Shown: in pieces, positions 36,223-46,381 of the stretch | Layout of the letters: each line of letters opens with the position of its first letter | Numbering within the stretch: the stretch's first letter is position 1 | Notes under the pieces: model-generated | The model's input: the letters and a program-made list of their open reading frames with translations, nothing else | The model's database searches: none | Told to the model about the DNA's origin: nothing | Made by a program: the position numbers and the translations under genes | DNA from: a virus | Taxonomy: Duplodnaviria; Heunggongvirae; Uroviricota; Caudoviricetes | Virus record (IMG/VR): IMGVR_UViG_3300047444_000069 | Span: 64,001-128,000 of that record | Length of the DNA stretch: 64,000 bases | Reading direction: 5' to 3' (one strand)

Positions 36223-39200
36223 ATGTCGGCACAAATCCAAAACTTCAATACAGCGCCGTATTACGACGATTACAACGAAGATAAGAAGTTCTACAAGATT
36301 CTGTTTAAGCCCGGATACGCGCTACAGGCACGGGAACTCACGCAGCTTCAGACCATGCTTCAGACCCAGATCAAGAGGCATGGCGATAACATTTTCAAAG
36401 ATGGATCGATGGTGATTCCGGGCGGAACGTCCGTGGATACCAACTTCGCCTATGTGAAGGTCCAGAACAGCTACAACAACGGTACACAGGTTGCCTACTA
36501 CACCGATCAGTTGGTCGGTAAGTTCGTGGTCGGACAGACTTCGGGTGTGCGCGCGCAGATCATCAAGGTGGTCCATACAGATACGGTCAACCCGGAAACC
36601 CTGTATGTGAAGTACATGAACAGCGGTACGAACAATGTGACCAAGGTCTTTGCGGATAACGAAGCATTGGTTCCGGAAGATGCGTCCATCTCGTCACTTG
36701 GTGTTCAAACGCTCACGTCTGGTTCGACGGGTATCGGATCGGGTGCATCTATCTCCCAAGGTGTGTACTACATCTCGGGCTTCTTCTGTCTCGTTGATCC
36801 GCAGACGATTGTTCTGGACGCCTACAGTAATTTACCGTCCTACCGTGTGGGCCTGAATGTGGCATCCGTGGTGGTTGACAGTGAAGATGATGAATCCCTG
36901 CTGGACAACGCCCTTGGTTCGTTCAACTACAACGCGCCGGGTGCGGATCGTCATTCCATCGTCCTGACACTGGCAGCACTGCCGGTTGGTTCGACCAATG
37001 ACGCGAACTTCGTGGAACTGTTTACGGTCGTTGATGGCGTGGTGCAGTCCAAGGTTGATACCTCGACTTACAACGTCATTGCGGACACGATGGCACGCCG
37101 CACCTATGATGAATCGGGCGACTACACAGTCACGCCGTTCACATTGGATGTGCGCGAACACCGCAATAACAACCGTGGCGCATGGTTGGTGAATATGGCC
37201 GTCCTCGCGGGCGACATTGTGACCAATGGTGCGAACATCTACACGGCCAAGATCGGCGGCACGACTGGTTCAACTGCACCGTCTGCAACGACTGGTGACA
37301 TCACTGATGGTACGGTGACATGGAACTACACGCCGTCCCCGCTGTACAACCGTGGTATCTACACTGCCGAACAGGGCGGTGATGCCGCGATGCTGGCCCT
37401 TGGTCTGGAACCGGGCAAGGCATACGTGCGTGGCTATGAAGTTAACAAGGTCGCGATTGATTACTTGGCAGTCCCCAAGGCACGCGACACACAGTATGCG
37501 ACCAATGCCAAAGTTGCGGCCAAGGTCGGTAACTACATTCTGGTGACGAACGTCAACGGTCTGCCGAATATCGCCCAAAATGCGACAGTGACACTGTATG
37601 ACCAACTGAATGCATCGCGCGGTACGGCGAACGGTTCGGTGGTTGGTACGGCACGCGTGCGTGCATTCGAATATGATTCGGGTGCGGCGGGTACGACTTC
37701 GGCTGTCTACAAGATGTCCCTGTTTGATGTGTCGCTGGTCAGTGGCAAGAATCTGGGCGATAACGTCAAACAGTTCTACATCAACAATGGCGGTGCAGCT
37801 ACCAACTTCACGGCGGATATTGCCCCGTACTACACAAAAAATTCGGGTTCCATTAGTGCATCTGCATCAACCACGGTGACGGGTGTCGGCACGTTGTTCC
37901 AAACGGAACTGACGGTGGGCGATTACATCCTGTGCGGTGCGGCTGGTGGTAAGCGTCGTGTGACGGCCATCGCCTCGAATATCAGCCTGACGGTTGATTC
38001 GGCGGTCACGGTATCGGGTGAAGCGTTCTACACCTTGGGTACGGTGCTGAATGAACCGGGTTACAGCCCCGCGATCTTCCAGATGCCGAACTATGCGATC
38101 CAGATGGTGCGCAGCAATGACGGCACGATTGGTACTGCCTATGCGATCCAGCAATACTTCACTCAGACCACGAATACGTCTGGTGTGATCACATTGGCTG
38201 TCTCGGGCGGCAATGACACATTTGGTTCGGAAGCCGAATCAACGAATTACGTCTGTGTGGACAACACGACAGGTCAGATCGTTCAACCTACGTCCATCGT
38301 GCGTAATAGCCCGCTGTACACTCAGGCAACGATCACCTTTGGTGCGTCCTATGCCTCACGTTCCTTCACGGTGATTGCTACGGTGAATCGTGTCGGTGCG
38401 GGTACAGAGAAGAACAAGACCCTGACATCGGCCACAACCACGTTTAGCACGGCTGCAACGGCACAATTGAAGACCATTGGCCTTCCGGTTGCTGACGGTT
38501 ATGCACTGGTGTCGGTGATGATGGATACGGGCACGTTCGCGTCCCCGACTGGTGTGTACACCAAAGATATTTCGGCTAACTACACATTCTTTGATGGTCA
38601 AACCGATTCGTCCTATGGACAATCCACGATCACCCTGATTGATGGTAGTCCGGTCCCGGTCGCGCCGATCAAGGTGTCGTACCAGTACTTCCAGCATTCA
38701 GTGACGGGTGATTACTTCACGGTCAATTCGTACACGTCCACAATGTCTTATGCTGCGATCCCGTCTTACAACGGTGTGTCACTGCGCGACTGTATCGACT
38801 TCCGTTCGCGGATCGACAATACGGGCAAGAATTACACATCTGCGGGCGCAGTGGTCAATGGTGTGCCGAAGCGTGGCGTGGATATTACGACCAACTACAC
38901 GTTCTATCTGGCCCGTAAGGACAAGCTGGCACTGGCGATTGACGGTACGTTCTTTGACGTGAAGGGTGTGTCTAGCCTCGCACCGTCTTTGCCGGATGAT
39001 CCGACGACTGCAATGGTGCTGTTCAATGTGGCCCTCGAAGCCTACACGTTCGGGACCGGTTCGTCCAACGTGTCGGTCACGACGATTGACAACAAGCGGT
39101 ACACCATGCGCGACATCGGCAAGATCGACGCACGCGTGGCTAATCTGGAATACTACACATCGTTGTCCCTGCTTGAACAACAGACGACCTCGATGACGAT

Positions 39201-42200
39201 CCCGGACAGTTCGGGTCTGGATCGCTACAAGAACGGCTTCATCGTGGACAGCTTCAATGGTCACGGTGTTGGTAACACTACGTCCCCGGACTATATGTGT
39301 TCCATTGACATGTCGAACAATGTGCTGCGTCCGTTCTACTCGATGGAGAACGTCACACTGTTCGAACAGAACACGACCAATACCCAACGTGCAACAGCGG
39401 GGTATCAGGTGACGGGTGATGTGGTAACACTGCCGTACTCGTCGGTCGCACTGGTGACGCAACCTTACGCAAGCCGTACAGAGAATGTGAACCCGTTCGC
39501 GGTCTATGCATTCGTTGGTTCGACTGATCTGAATCCTTCGTCAGACGAATGGTTTGATACCTATCAGTTGCCTGACATCGTGACCAACGTGGACGGTAAC
39601 TTCAATGCGGTGTATGCATTGGCGGCATCGACGGGCGTTCTGGGTACGGTTTGGAATGCTTGGCAGACCCAATGGTCGGGTACTTCGGTTGTGTCCACGG
39701 ATACACTGAACTATGGCGTCCATACGACGACCGTGACGGAAAACGGCGTACTGCGTGATCGTACTTCGGCTGAAATGCAAGCGTCGCAGTTCAATAGCTG
39801 GCTGGTGAGTGCAGGTATTGGTGCGTCGCGTCAGGTGACTACGGAAGTTGATGCAACGACGATTGGCTATTCGCGCACTGGTATCAACACGCAGATCGTG
39901 CCGCAGATCACCAACACGGTGACGGATGACAAGGTTGTGGCACAAGCCGTGATTCCCTACATCCGCAGTCGCAATGTGTCGGTGGTTGCACGCGGTCTGA
40001 AGCCGAACACTACGTTCTACCCGTTCTTTGATGGTACGAACGTTTCGGCCTACCTGACGCCTTCGATGTCAATCAGTTATGTGCCGGTGAATGGCTACCC
40101 GTCATCGTTTGATTGGCAGTCCAATGTTGGCGGATTGTCGGACGAAGCTTCACGCACTATCTCGGGTAATTCGGACAACGCACTGGATCGCGGTGACGTG
40201 ATCTATGTGACCCAACGTGGTTCGAACAGTTACACCCTGACGACATCCCCGGCTACGGCTGTGGTGGGTCTGCAATCGGTGCATGGTGATGGTTCGCTGC
40301 AAATCCAAGTCCAGAACATCAAGGGTACGTTCCAAGCTGGCGATGTGTTCACTGGAACGCTGTCGGGTTCGCGTGGCACGGTGTCAGGAACGCCCACGGT
40401 TCCGGTCAAGGGCGGCGCACTGGTTACGACCTTCAATGGCGACTTGGTTGCACTGTTCCAGATTCCGAACACATCGGCACTTCAGTTCCGTACTGGTACG
40501 CGTGTGTTCAAGCTGACGGACGATTCGGACAACGTTGATGTGGATGCCACATCGTCTTCATCGGTGTCCTATGCAGCAACGGGTGTTCTGCAAACCAAGC
40601 AAGCCTATGTGACTTCGACGCGTAATGCGCAAGTCGTGCAAACACAGGTGTCCAGTACGAAGACGGTGACGACCACATCGACCCGTACTGTGTCGGATAC
40701 TGGCTGGTATGACCCGTTGGCACAGACGTTCTTGGTGCAGTCCACTGATGGCGCATTCCTGACTGAAGTTGATCTGTTCTTCCAAACAAAGGACGCCAAC
40801 ATCCCGGTGCAGGTTGAAATTCGCGAAGTGGTCAATGGCTATCCGGGTGCAACGATTCTGCCGTTCTCGCGGACAGTGGTGACGCCGGATAAGGTGAATG
40901 TCTCGCAAGATGGCACGGTTGCTACCACGTTCAAGTTTGCGGCCCCGGTGTACGTTCAGGATGCCACATCATATGCGCTGGTCGTGATGTCGGATTCCAA
41001 TAGCTACAACGTGTGGATTTCGCAACTTGGCGACAAGATGGTCAACAGTGACCGCTTCATCAGCGAACAGCCGTATGCAGGTGTCCTGTTCAAGTCACAG
41101 AATGCTTCAACGTGGACGGCTGATCAGACGCAAGACTTGAAGTTCAACATCCGTCGCGCGTCGTTTGTGACGGGTCAGTACGGTGAAGTAGTGTTCCAGA
41201 ATGATACCGTGACGTTGGATAACCTTCCGACCTTGGCATTCCAAACTACTTCGGGTTCCAAAGTTGTTCGTGTGTTCCATGCCAATCATGGTCTGCCGGT
41301 CAATTCGACGGTCGTGATCGCGGGTGTGACAGCAGCAGTCAATGGAATCCCGGCTGCACAGTTGAATGGTTCGTTTGTCGTGACCAATGTGGACTTTGAT
41401 AGCTACACCATCACGGTCGCAACCACGGCAGCAACTTCGACGGGCTACGGCGGCAACAGTGGTATTACGGCATCGGGTAACGTTGGCTACGATTCGATTC
41501 AGCCTGTGGTGCAGCAACAGACGTTTACGGATACGACCACATCGTGGTTCATCAAGACGACGACTGGTAAGTCCCCGGAAGGTGCGGAAATCCCGTATCT
41601 CTTGGATGCGGCCTACAGTCCCGTTACGGTGAATGACACGAACATGTTGTCCCGCACCTGTCTGGTAGCAACCCCGGCCAACCAATCGGCCTCAGTGCTG
41701 GCAGGTAGCAAGTCGCTGTTCCTGAAAGGTCGGTTGTACTCAACGAACGATGCAGTATCCCCGTTCATTGACATGCATCGACTGTCGGCAATTCTGGTCC
41801 GTAACCGGGTCAATGCGCCGACCAGTGCTTCAACGAACGTCGCAGTGGTGGATGATCGCGTAGTGGCCTCGGCTAAGACGACGATTGCCTTTAGTGGCAA
41901 CACGATCACGACAGCGGATGCAACGACCCAAGGGTTGTTCCAGACTGTGGTGGTTGGTCACTACATCAACGTGGCGGGTTCGGTTGCAGCAAACAATGGT
42001 GACTGGCTGGTGACGGCAGTAGCAACGGACGGTTCAAGCATCACAACCAATGCAGCATTCACGACAGCAGCAACGGGTGCAAGCATCACGATCACCTCGC
42101 GCGAATTGTTTGTGGACGAGATTGCGCCGGTAAATAGCACGACGATTAGTAAGTATGTCTCAACGAAGGTCAACTTCGCCAACACATCAACTTACCTGCG

Positions 42201-42480
42201 TATTCAACTGGCGGCAGCGGTTCCCCCGGCAGCGAAGCTTTCGGTGTATTACAAGGTGAATCCGGCTGGATCGACGGCATCATTCGATTCCATCCCGTAC
42301 ACACTGTTTACCCCGGATGCGACCATTCCCTACACGACGAACAACACATTTACGGATGTGACCTACTCGTTGAGCGGCATGGCGGCATTTGATGCGGTGC
42401 AAGTCAAACTGGTGATGCAATCTTCGGATACCTCACAAGTTCCGATGGTGAAGGACTTGCGAATCATCGCCTGTGCGTAA
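36223..42480 (+). CDS. Very large virion structural protein (VrlC/DUF4815-like)
   Basis: FNTAPYYDDY..FYKILFKPGYALQARELTQLQ; RRTYDESGDY; DRYKNGFIVDSF; WYDPLAQTF; C-terminal VKDLRIIA. Confidence 0.85.
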   Translation: MSAQIQNFNTAPYYDDYNEDKKFYKILFKPGYALQARELTQLQTMLQTQIKRHGDNIFKDGSMVIPGGTSVDTNFAYVKVQNSYNNGTQVAYYTDQLVGKFVVGQTSGVRAQIIKVVHTDTVNPETLYVKYMNSGTNNVTKVFADNEALVPEDASISSLGVQTLTSGSTGIGSGASISQGVYYISGFFCLVDPQTIVLDAYSNLPSYRVGLNVASVVVDSEDDESLLDNALGSFNYNAPGADRHSIVLTLAALPVGSTNDANFVELFTVVDGVVQSKVDTSTYNVIADTMARRTYDESGDYTVTPFTLDVREHRNNNRGAWLVNMAVLAGDIVTNGANIYTAKIGGTTGSTAPSATTGDITDGTVTWNYTPSPLYNRGIYTAEQGGDAAMLALGLEPGKAYVRGYEVNKVAIDYLAVPKARDTQYATNAKVAAKVGNYILVTNVNGLPNIAQNATVTLYDQLNASRGTANGSVVGTARVRAFEYDSGAAGTTSAVYKMSLFDVSLVSGKNLGDNVKQFYINNGGAATNFTADIAPYYTKNSGSISASASTTVTGVGTLFQTELTVGDYILCGAAGGKRRVTAIASNISLTVDSAVTVSGEAFYTLGTVLNEPGYSPAIFQMPNYAIQMVRSNDGTIGTAYAIQQYFTQTTNTSGVITLAVSGGNDTFGSEAESTNYVCVDNTTGQIVQPTSIVRNSPLYTQATITFGASYASRSFTVIATVNRVGAGTEKNKTLTSATTTFSTAATAQLKTIGLPVADGYALVSVMMDTGTFASPTGVYTKDISANYTFFDGQTDSSYGQSTITLIDGSPVPVAPIKVSYQYFQHSVTGDYFTVNSYTSTMSYAAIPSYNGVSLRDCIDFRSRIDNTGKNYTSAGAVVNGVPKRGVDITTNYTFYLARKDKLALAIDGTFFDVKGVSSLAPSLPDDPTTAMVLFNVALEAYTFGTGSSNVSVTTIDNKRYTMRDIGKIDARVANLEYYTSLSLLEQQTTSMTIPDSSGLDRYKNGFIVDSFNGHGVGNTTSPDYMCSIDMSNNVLRPFYSMENVTLFEQNTTNTQRATAGYQVTGDVVTLPYSSVALVTQPYASRTENVNPFAVYAFVGSTDLNPSSDEWFDTYQLPDIVTNVDGNFNAVYALAASTGVLGTVWNAWQTQWSGTSVVSTDTLNYGVHTTTVTENGVLRDRTSAEMQASQFNSWLVSAGIGASRQVTTEVDATTIGYSRTGINTQIVPQITNTVTDDKVVAQAVIPYIRSRNVSVVARGLKPNTTFYPFFDGTNVSAYLTPSMSISYVPVNGYPSSFDWQSNVGGLSDEASRTISGNSDNALDRGDVIYVTQRGSNSYTLTTSPATAVVGLQSVHGDGSLQIQVQNIKGTFQAGDVFTGTLSGSRGTVSGTPTVPVKGGALVTTFNGDLVALFQIPNTSALQFRTGTRVFKLTDDSDNVDVDATSSSSVSYAATGVLQTKQAYVTSTRNAQVVQTQVSSTKTVTTTSTRTVSDTGWYDPLAQTFLVQSTDGAFLTEVDLFFQTKDANIPVQVEIREVVNGYPGATILPFSRTVVTPDKVNVSQDGTVATTFKFAAPVYVQDATSYALVVMSDSNSYNVWISQLGDKMVNSDRFISEQPYAGVLFKSQNASTWTADQTQDLKFNIRRASFVTGQYGEVVFQNDTVTLDNLPTLAFQTTSGSKVVRVFHANHGLPVNSTVVIAGVTAAVNGIPAAQLNGSFVVTNVDFDSYTITVATTAATSTGYGGNSGITASGNVGYDSIQPVVQQQTFTDTTTSWFIKTTTGKSPEGAEIPYLLDAAYSPVTVNDTNMLSRTCLVATPANQSASVLAGSKSLFLKGRLYSTNDAVSPFIDMHRLSAILVRNRVNAPTSASTNVAVVDDRVVASAKTTIAFSGNTITTADATTQGLFQTVVVGHYINVAGSVAANNGDWLVTAVATDGSSITTNAAFTTAATGASITITSRELFVDEIAPVNSTTISKYVSTKVNFANTSTYLRIQLAAAVPPAAKLSVYYKVNPAGSTASFDSIPYTLFTPDATIPYTTNNTFTDVTYSLSGMAAFDAVQVKLVMQSSDTSQVPMVKDLRIIACA

Positions 42481-42501
42481 CTAACCCCTAAAGGAAACAT
42501 C

Positions 42502-42729
42502 GTGACCGACTATCTCAAGGTAGCGGGTCACGATGGCCTTGTTCGAGACAGAAACACCAAGGCCATCGTGTCAACCAATCAAGCGGGCTATCAAGCCTAT
42601 GTCAACCAACGCGATGCCCTGATGCGCCGTCAACACCAGATTGACGAGAACACTCAGGAAATCAAGGAATTGAAGCAAGACCTATCTGAAATTAAGCAGT
42701 TGCTACAGATTCTTGTCCAAAAGGCGTGA
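42502..42729 (+). CDS. Small coiled-coil protein typical of the position after VrlC-like genes
   Basis: KVAGHDGLVRD..AIV..EIKELKQDLSEIKQLL. Confidence 0.75.
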   Translation: MTDYLKVAGHDGLVRDRNTKAIVSTNQAGYQAYVNQRDALMRRQHQIDENTQEIKELKQDLSEIKQLLQILVQKA

Positions 42730-42785
42730 ATGGTCACGAAACGTGGACAGGGATTATTTTTGGACAGAAATGTTAAGGAGTACGA

Positions 42786-43520
42786 ATGAAGTTTGCATTT
42801 CACAAAGCAAAAGACACACTGTTTGCCAAGCTGTGTAGTTGGAAGATGGAAGGCCCGTACACGCACGTTGAGGCGATGTTTGGTGCTGACCCTGACGATG
42901 CCAAGTTGACGGTGTGCGGTAGTTCCAAGTTCACGGAAGGTGGTGTACGTCTCAAATCGTTGGACCTGTCGGACACAGAGAACACATGGGACATCATTGA
43001 AGTGCCGGGTATTGATGAAGAAAAGGCGCTGCAATGGTTCAAGGATCATGCGGGTGAACCATATGACACGCGTGGCCTGATTCAATTCATTACGTGGTTC
43101 CCGGTTGGTCACAATCCGAAGGGTTGGTTCTGTGATGAAGCGGTGCTGGCCTCAATTGGGATGGAGAACTCCTATCGATTCGATCCGAACGGTATGGCCG
43201 AAATCCTGAAGTTCCTCACCAAGTATCAGGCGGGTAACCTTCAGGCGGCAATCGCGGTGATCAACAAGGGCGAACTGGCCGATGTCAAACAACCAGTCAA
43301 CCCGATTGATACGATCCAAGCTGAAGTCAACAAGGTGCTTCCGGCCATCGAGCAAGTCGCACACACGGTTCAACTGGCTGCACCCTTGGCTGCTATCATC
43401 CCCGGTGCTGCGCCCATTGTGGCGGCTGTAGAGGGCATTGCAACGGCAGTGGACAAGATTGCCGACAGTGCGCCGCAGATCAATGCAACCATTGATGCAC
43501 TGCAAGCCTTGAAGAAGTAA
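42786..43520 (+). CDS. Permuted papain-like (NlpC/P60, YiiX-type) amidase with a C-terminal extension
   Basis: YTHVE (His), GEPYD, WFCDEAV (Cys). Confidence 0.65.
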   Translation: MKFAFHKAKDTLFAKLCSWKMEGPYTHVEAMFGADPDDAKLTVCGSSKFTEGGVRLKSLDLSDTENTWDIIEVPGIDEEKALQWFKDHAGEPYDTRGLIQFITWFPVGHNPKGWFCDEAVLASIGMENSYRFDPNGMAEILKFLTKYQAGNLQAAIAVINKGELADVKQPVNPIDTIQAEVNKVLPAIEQVAHTVQLAAPLAAIIPGAAPIVAAVEGIATAVDKIADSAPQINATIDALQALKK

Positions 43521-43535
43521 CTAACGCGGCCATTG

Positions 43536-43562
43536 AAAGCCCTACCATGTGTAGGGCTTTTT
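43536..43562 (+). terminator. Rho-independent terminator
   Basis: AAAGCCCTAC/GTAGGGCTTT plus T tract. Confidence 0.8.
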
Positions 43563-43593
43563 CATTTCTAGGTTCTGATGTGTAGCTGTCAAG

Positions 43594-43600
43594 CTAAATA
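43594..43600 (+). promoter_or_regulatory. Late promoter for gp13
   Basis: CTAAATA 35 nt before the ATG. Confidence 0.75.
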
Positions 43601-43634
43601 ATCGAACTATTGTCACTTTCACAACGGGACCAAC

Positions 43635-44399
43635 ATGGCACGCCCAAATTCATTTGACACACTCTCAACCTACTGTCTTCAGCAGTTGGGCGCTCCTGTT
43701 ATTCAGGTCCACGTCGCGGCTGAACAGATTCAAAATAGGGTCGAAGATGCCTTCGACTTCATGCGCGAATTTCATGGTGACGCCATTGAGCGCACTTACC
43801 TGAAGCATCAGGTGACACAGGACGACATTGACAACGGTTATCTCCCGGTGGGTGATGGTGTCACAGCAGTCCTGAATGTGTTTCCGATCACGGCGGGCGC
43901 GAACAGCAACAGTCAGTTCTCGGCCTCATACCAGATCAAGGTCAATGACATCTACTCGCTTCAGAATTCTTCTGGGTCACTGGCAACGGGCGGTCTTGCC
44001 TATTATGAGGAAACCAAACAATACCTGAACATGATGGACGATATGTTCCTTGGTCAGCAACAGTTCCGCTTCAATGCCAAGATCGGCAAGCTGCACATCG
44101 ATATGGACTGGTCCGAGAACGTGAATGTTGGTGACTACATTCTGGTCGAATGTACGGTGATTCTGGACGAGACGGTCTACACATCGATCTACAACGACCG
44201 GATGCTGAAGAAGCTGGCCGTCGCCTACATCAAGAAGCAATGGGGTAGCAACATGAAGCTGCACGGCAACATTGTTCTCCCCGGTGGTATCACAATTCAG
44301 GGCCAACAGATTTACGATGAAGCGATGGAAGAAATCGATAAGATCGAAGACCAGATTCGCGACACGTATCAGGCTCCCCCGATGTTCCTTGTGGGGTAA
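43635..44399 (+). CDS. gp13: Neck protein gp13
   Basis: YCLQQLGAPVIQV..KKQWGSNMKLHGNIVLPGGITIQGQQIYDEA. Confidence 0.92.
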   Translation: MARPNSFDTLSTYCLQQLGAPVIQVHVAAEQIQNRVEDAFDFMREFHGDAIERTYLKHQVTQDDIDNGYLPVGDGVTAVLNVFPITAGANSNSQFSASYQIKVNDIYSLQNSSGSLATGGLAYYEETKQYLNMMDDMFLGQQQFRFNAKIGKLHIDMDWSENVNVGDYILVECTVILDETVYTSIYNDRMLKKLAVAYIKKQWGSNMKLHGNIVLPGGITIQGQQIYDEAMEEIDKIEDQIRDTYQAPPMFLVG

Positions 44400-44402
44400 G
44401 AA

Positions 44403-45053
44403 ATGACCGTAAACACGTACTTTCAAGCTGGCATTCCCGAAGCCTACAGCCAGACCCAAGACCTGATCGAACAGTTGACCATTGAAGCGATCCAGATCGG
44501 CGGCATGAATGTTTATTATGTGCCGCGCACTATTCTGAGTGAGGACATCAATCCGGTCCTCACCGAAGACGTTCTGGCATCGTATGACAATGCTTACCAG
44601 ATCGAAGCCTACCTTGAGAATGCTACTGGCTTCGAAGGTGATGGCGCAATGTTGTCAAAGTTCGGCATCGAAATTTCGGATTCCTGCACATTCGTCATGT
44701 CTCGGGCACGCTGGACGGCTGAAGTGGGAAGCAAACCCGGTTCCCGTCTGCCCCGTCCGATTGAAGGCGACATCATCTATCTGCCCCTGACCAAATCGTT
44801 CTTTGAAATCAAGAAGGTCAATGCACAGAACCCGTTCTACCAGTTGGGGAAGCTGTACACCTACCGTCTGGATTGCGAACTGTTCAACTTCTCGCATGAA
44901 GATTTCAATACTGGCGTGGATGAAGTAGACGAACTGGCGCACGAAATCAACCTGCATGATCTGGATGCTGGTTCACAGAATGAAGTGTTCGATACCAAGA
45001 AGACCGATGTACTGGACTTTGACGCGTCCAATCCCTTTGGAGACATCCAGTAA
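44403..45053 (+). CDS. gp14: Neck protein gp14
   Basis: LTIEAIQIGG..YYVPR..SKFGIEI..RPIEGDIIYLPLTKSFFEI..FYQLGK. Confidence 0.92.
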   Translation: MTVNTYFQAGIPEAYSQTQDLIEQLTIEAIQIGGMNVYYVPRTILSEDINPVLTEDVLASYDNAYQIEAYLENATGFEGDGAMLSKFGIEISDSCTFVMSRARWTAEVGSKPGSRLPRPIEGDIIYLPLTKSFFEIKKVNAQNPFYQLGKLYTYRLDCELFNFSHEDFNTGVDEVDELAHEINLHDLDAGSQNEVFDTKKTDVLDFDASNPFGDIQ

Positions 45054-45820
45054 TGCTGAACAGTAGCCCCTACTACAACGGCACAACAGAGAAGGCCATT
45101 ATCGCCTTTGCCAATCTGTTCAAGGACGTGTATGTCCTGCGTATGAAACAGGACGGCACGATTGAGAAGACCGTCCGGGTTCCGGTGTCCTATGCTCCCA
45201 AAGAGAAGTTTCTGGCGCGAGAGCAACAGCAACCGAACATCGACAACAGTACGGAAGAACTGACGTTGCCTCGCCTGTCATTCGAAATCACTGGTTTCCA
45301 ACCGGATGCCAGTCGGCGGATGAATGCGATGCAGCAACGTAAGGCAGTCGTGACCGGACAGACCAACAGTGTGTTCAATCCGGCCCCTTGGAACCTCGAA
45401 GTGTCGCTGTACGCCATTGCCAAGTATCAGACCGATGCATTGCAGATGTTCGAACAGATCGTGGCCGTGTTCAATCCGTCCTACATTGTGACGATCAAAG
45501 CGATGCCGGAACTGAACCTCACGGATGATCTGCCTATTGTTCTGGACACCGTACAACACGAAGACAACTATGACGCCAAGTTTCAGGAGCGTCGCACCGT
45601 GGTCTTCACGTTCAACTTCACCCTGCAACTGAATTACTTTGGTGGTGTGGAGAAGAACCGGGCAGTCATCAAGCAGACCGAAGTGGACATTACCAGTGGC
45701 ACAACCGTTCCCTCGGATGGTCGGCCTAGCCTTGAACTGATTAAGAACACCGTCAATCCACTGTCGGCCAATGCGGGCGACACACATACGGTGATCACTG
45801 AAATTGATGGATTCAAATAA
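45053..45820 (+). CDS. gp15: Tail sheath stabiliser / terminator gp15
   Basis: VPVSYAPKEKFLAR..TLPRLSFEI..QIVAVFNP. Confidence 0.92.
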   Translation: MLNSSPYYNGTTEKAIIAFANLFKDVYVLRMKQDGTIEKTVRVPVSYAPKEKFLAREQQQPNIDNSTEELTLPRLSFEITGFQPDASRRMNAMQQRKAVVTGQTNSVFNPAPWNLEVSLYAIAKYQTDALQMFEQIVAVFNPSYIVTIKAMPELNLTDDLPIVLDTVQHEDNYDAKFQERRTVVFTFNFTLQLNYFGGVEKNRAVIKQTEVDITSGTTVPSDGRPSLELIKNTVNPLSANAGDTHTVITEIDGFK

Positions 45821-45822
45821 TC

Positions 45823-46320
45823 ATGACTGATACTGCTGACAAGATGGTCAATGCGTTCCGCAATCTGGACGAAACGTTTGGCCTTGAAAATGAAAACCAG
45901 TTGCCCGCTGTCCGGGAACCGCGTCAGGTGATCGTGGCCCCGGTGGTGGAAGATCGTCCAGTCAACACAGATGATCAGGACAACGACATTGCGATTGCAC
46001 GCGAGACATATCACCGTCTCATGACCAAGGCTGAAGACGCACTGGATGACATCATGCACCTTGCCAAACAGTCGGAACATCCGCGTGCCTTTGAAGTGGC
46101 CGGACAGATGATTGACAAGGTAACCAGTCTGGCCGACAAGCTATTGGATATGCACAAGAAGGTGAAGGACATCAAGAAGCTGGATGAATCGCCGCGTGAA
46201 GCTGCATTGAATGGTGGGAATGGTGTTGGGACTACCAACATTGTATTCACTGGTACACCGCAACAACTGTTGGAAGCGATGACAGCGAAGAAAGAATTGA
46301 AGGATGTGACAGACGTGTAA
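45823..46320 (+). CDS. gp16: Terminase small subunit gp16
   Basis: D..IARET..SEHPRAFEVAGQMI..TNIVFTGTPQQLL. Confidence 0.9.
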   Translation: MTDTADKMVNAFRNLDETFGLENENQLPAVREPRQVIVAPVVEDRPVNTDDQDNDIAIARETYHRLMTKAEDALDDIMHLAKQSEHPRAFEVAGQMIDKVTSLADKLLDMHKKVKDIKKLDESPREAALNGGNGVGTTNIVFTGTPQQLLEAMTAKKELKDVTDV

Positions 46321-46344
46321 GGTAAGTGAAAGACGGCAATTGAA

Positions 46345-46381
46345 TAAATAGTCGGTAAGGATAAAAAACATACCGACTATG
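46345..46381 (+). promoter_or_regulatory. Late promoter overlapping a hairpin that sequesters the RBS and ATG
   Basis: TAAATA at 46345-46350; perfect 10-bp stem ATAGTCGGTA/TACCGACTAT enclosing AAGGA and including the AT of the start codon. Confidence 0.8.
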
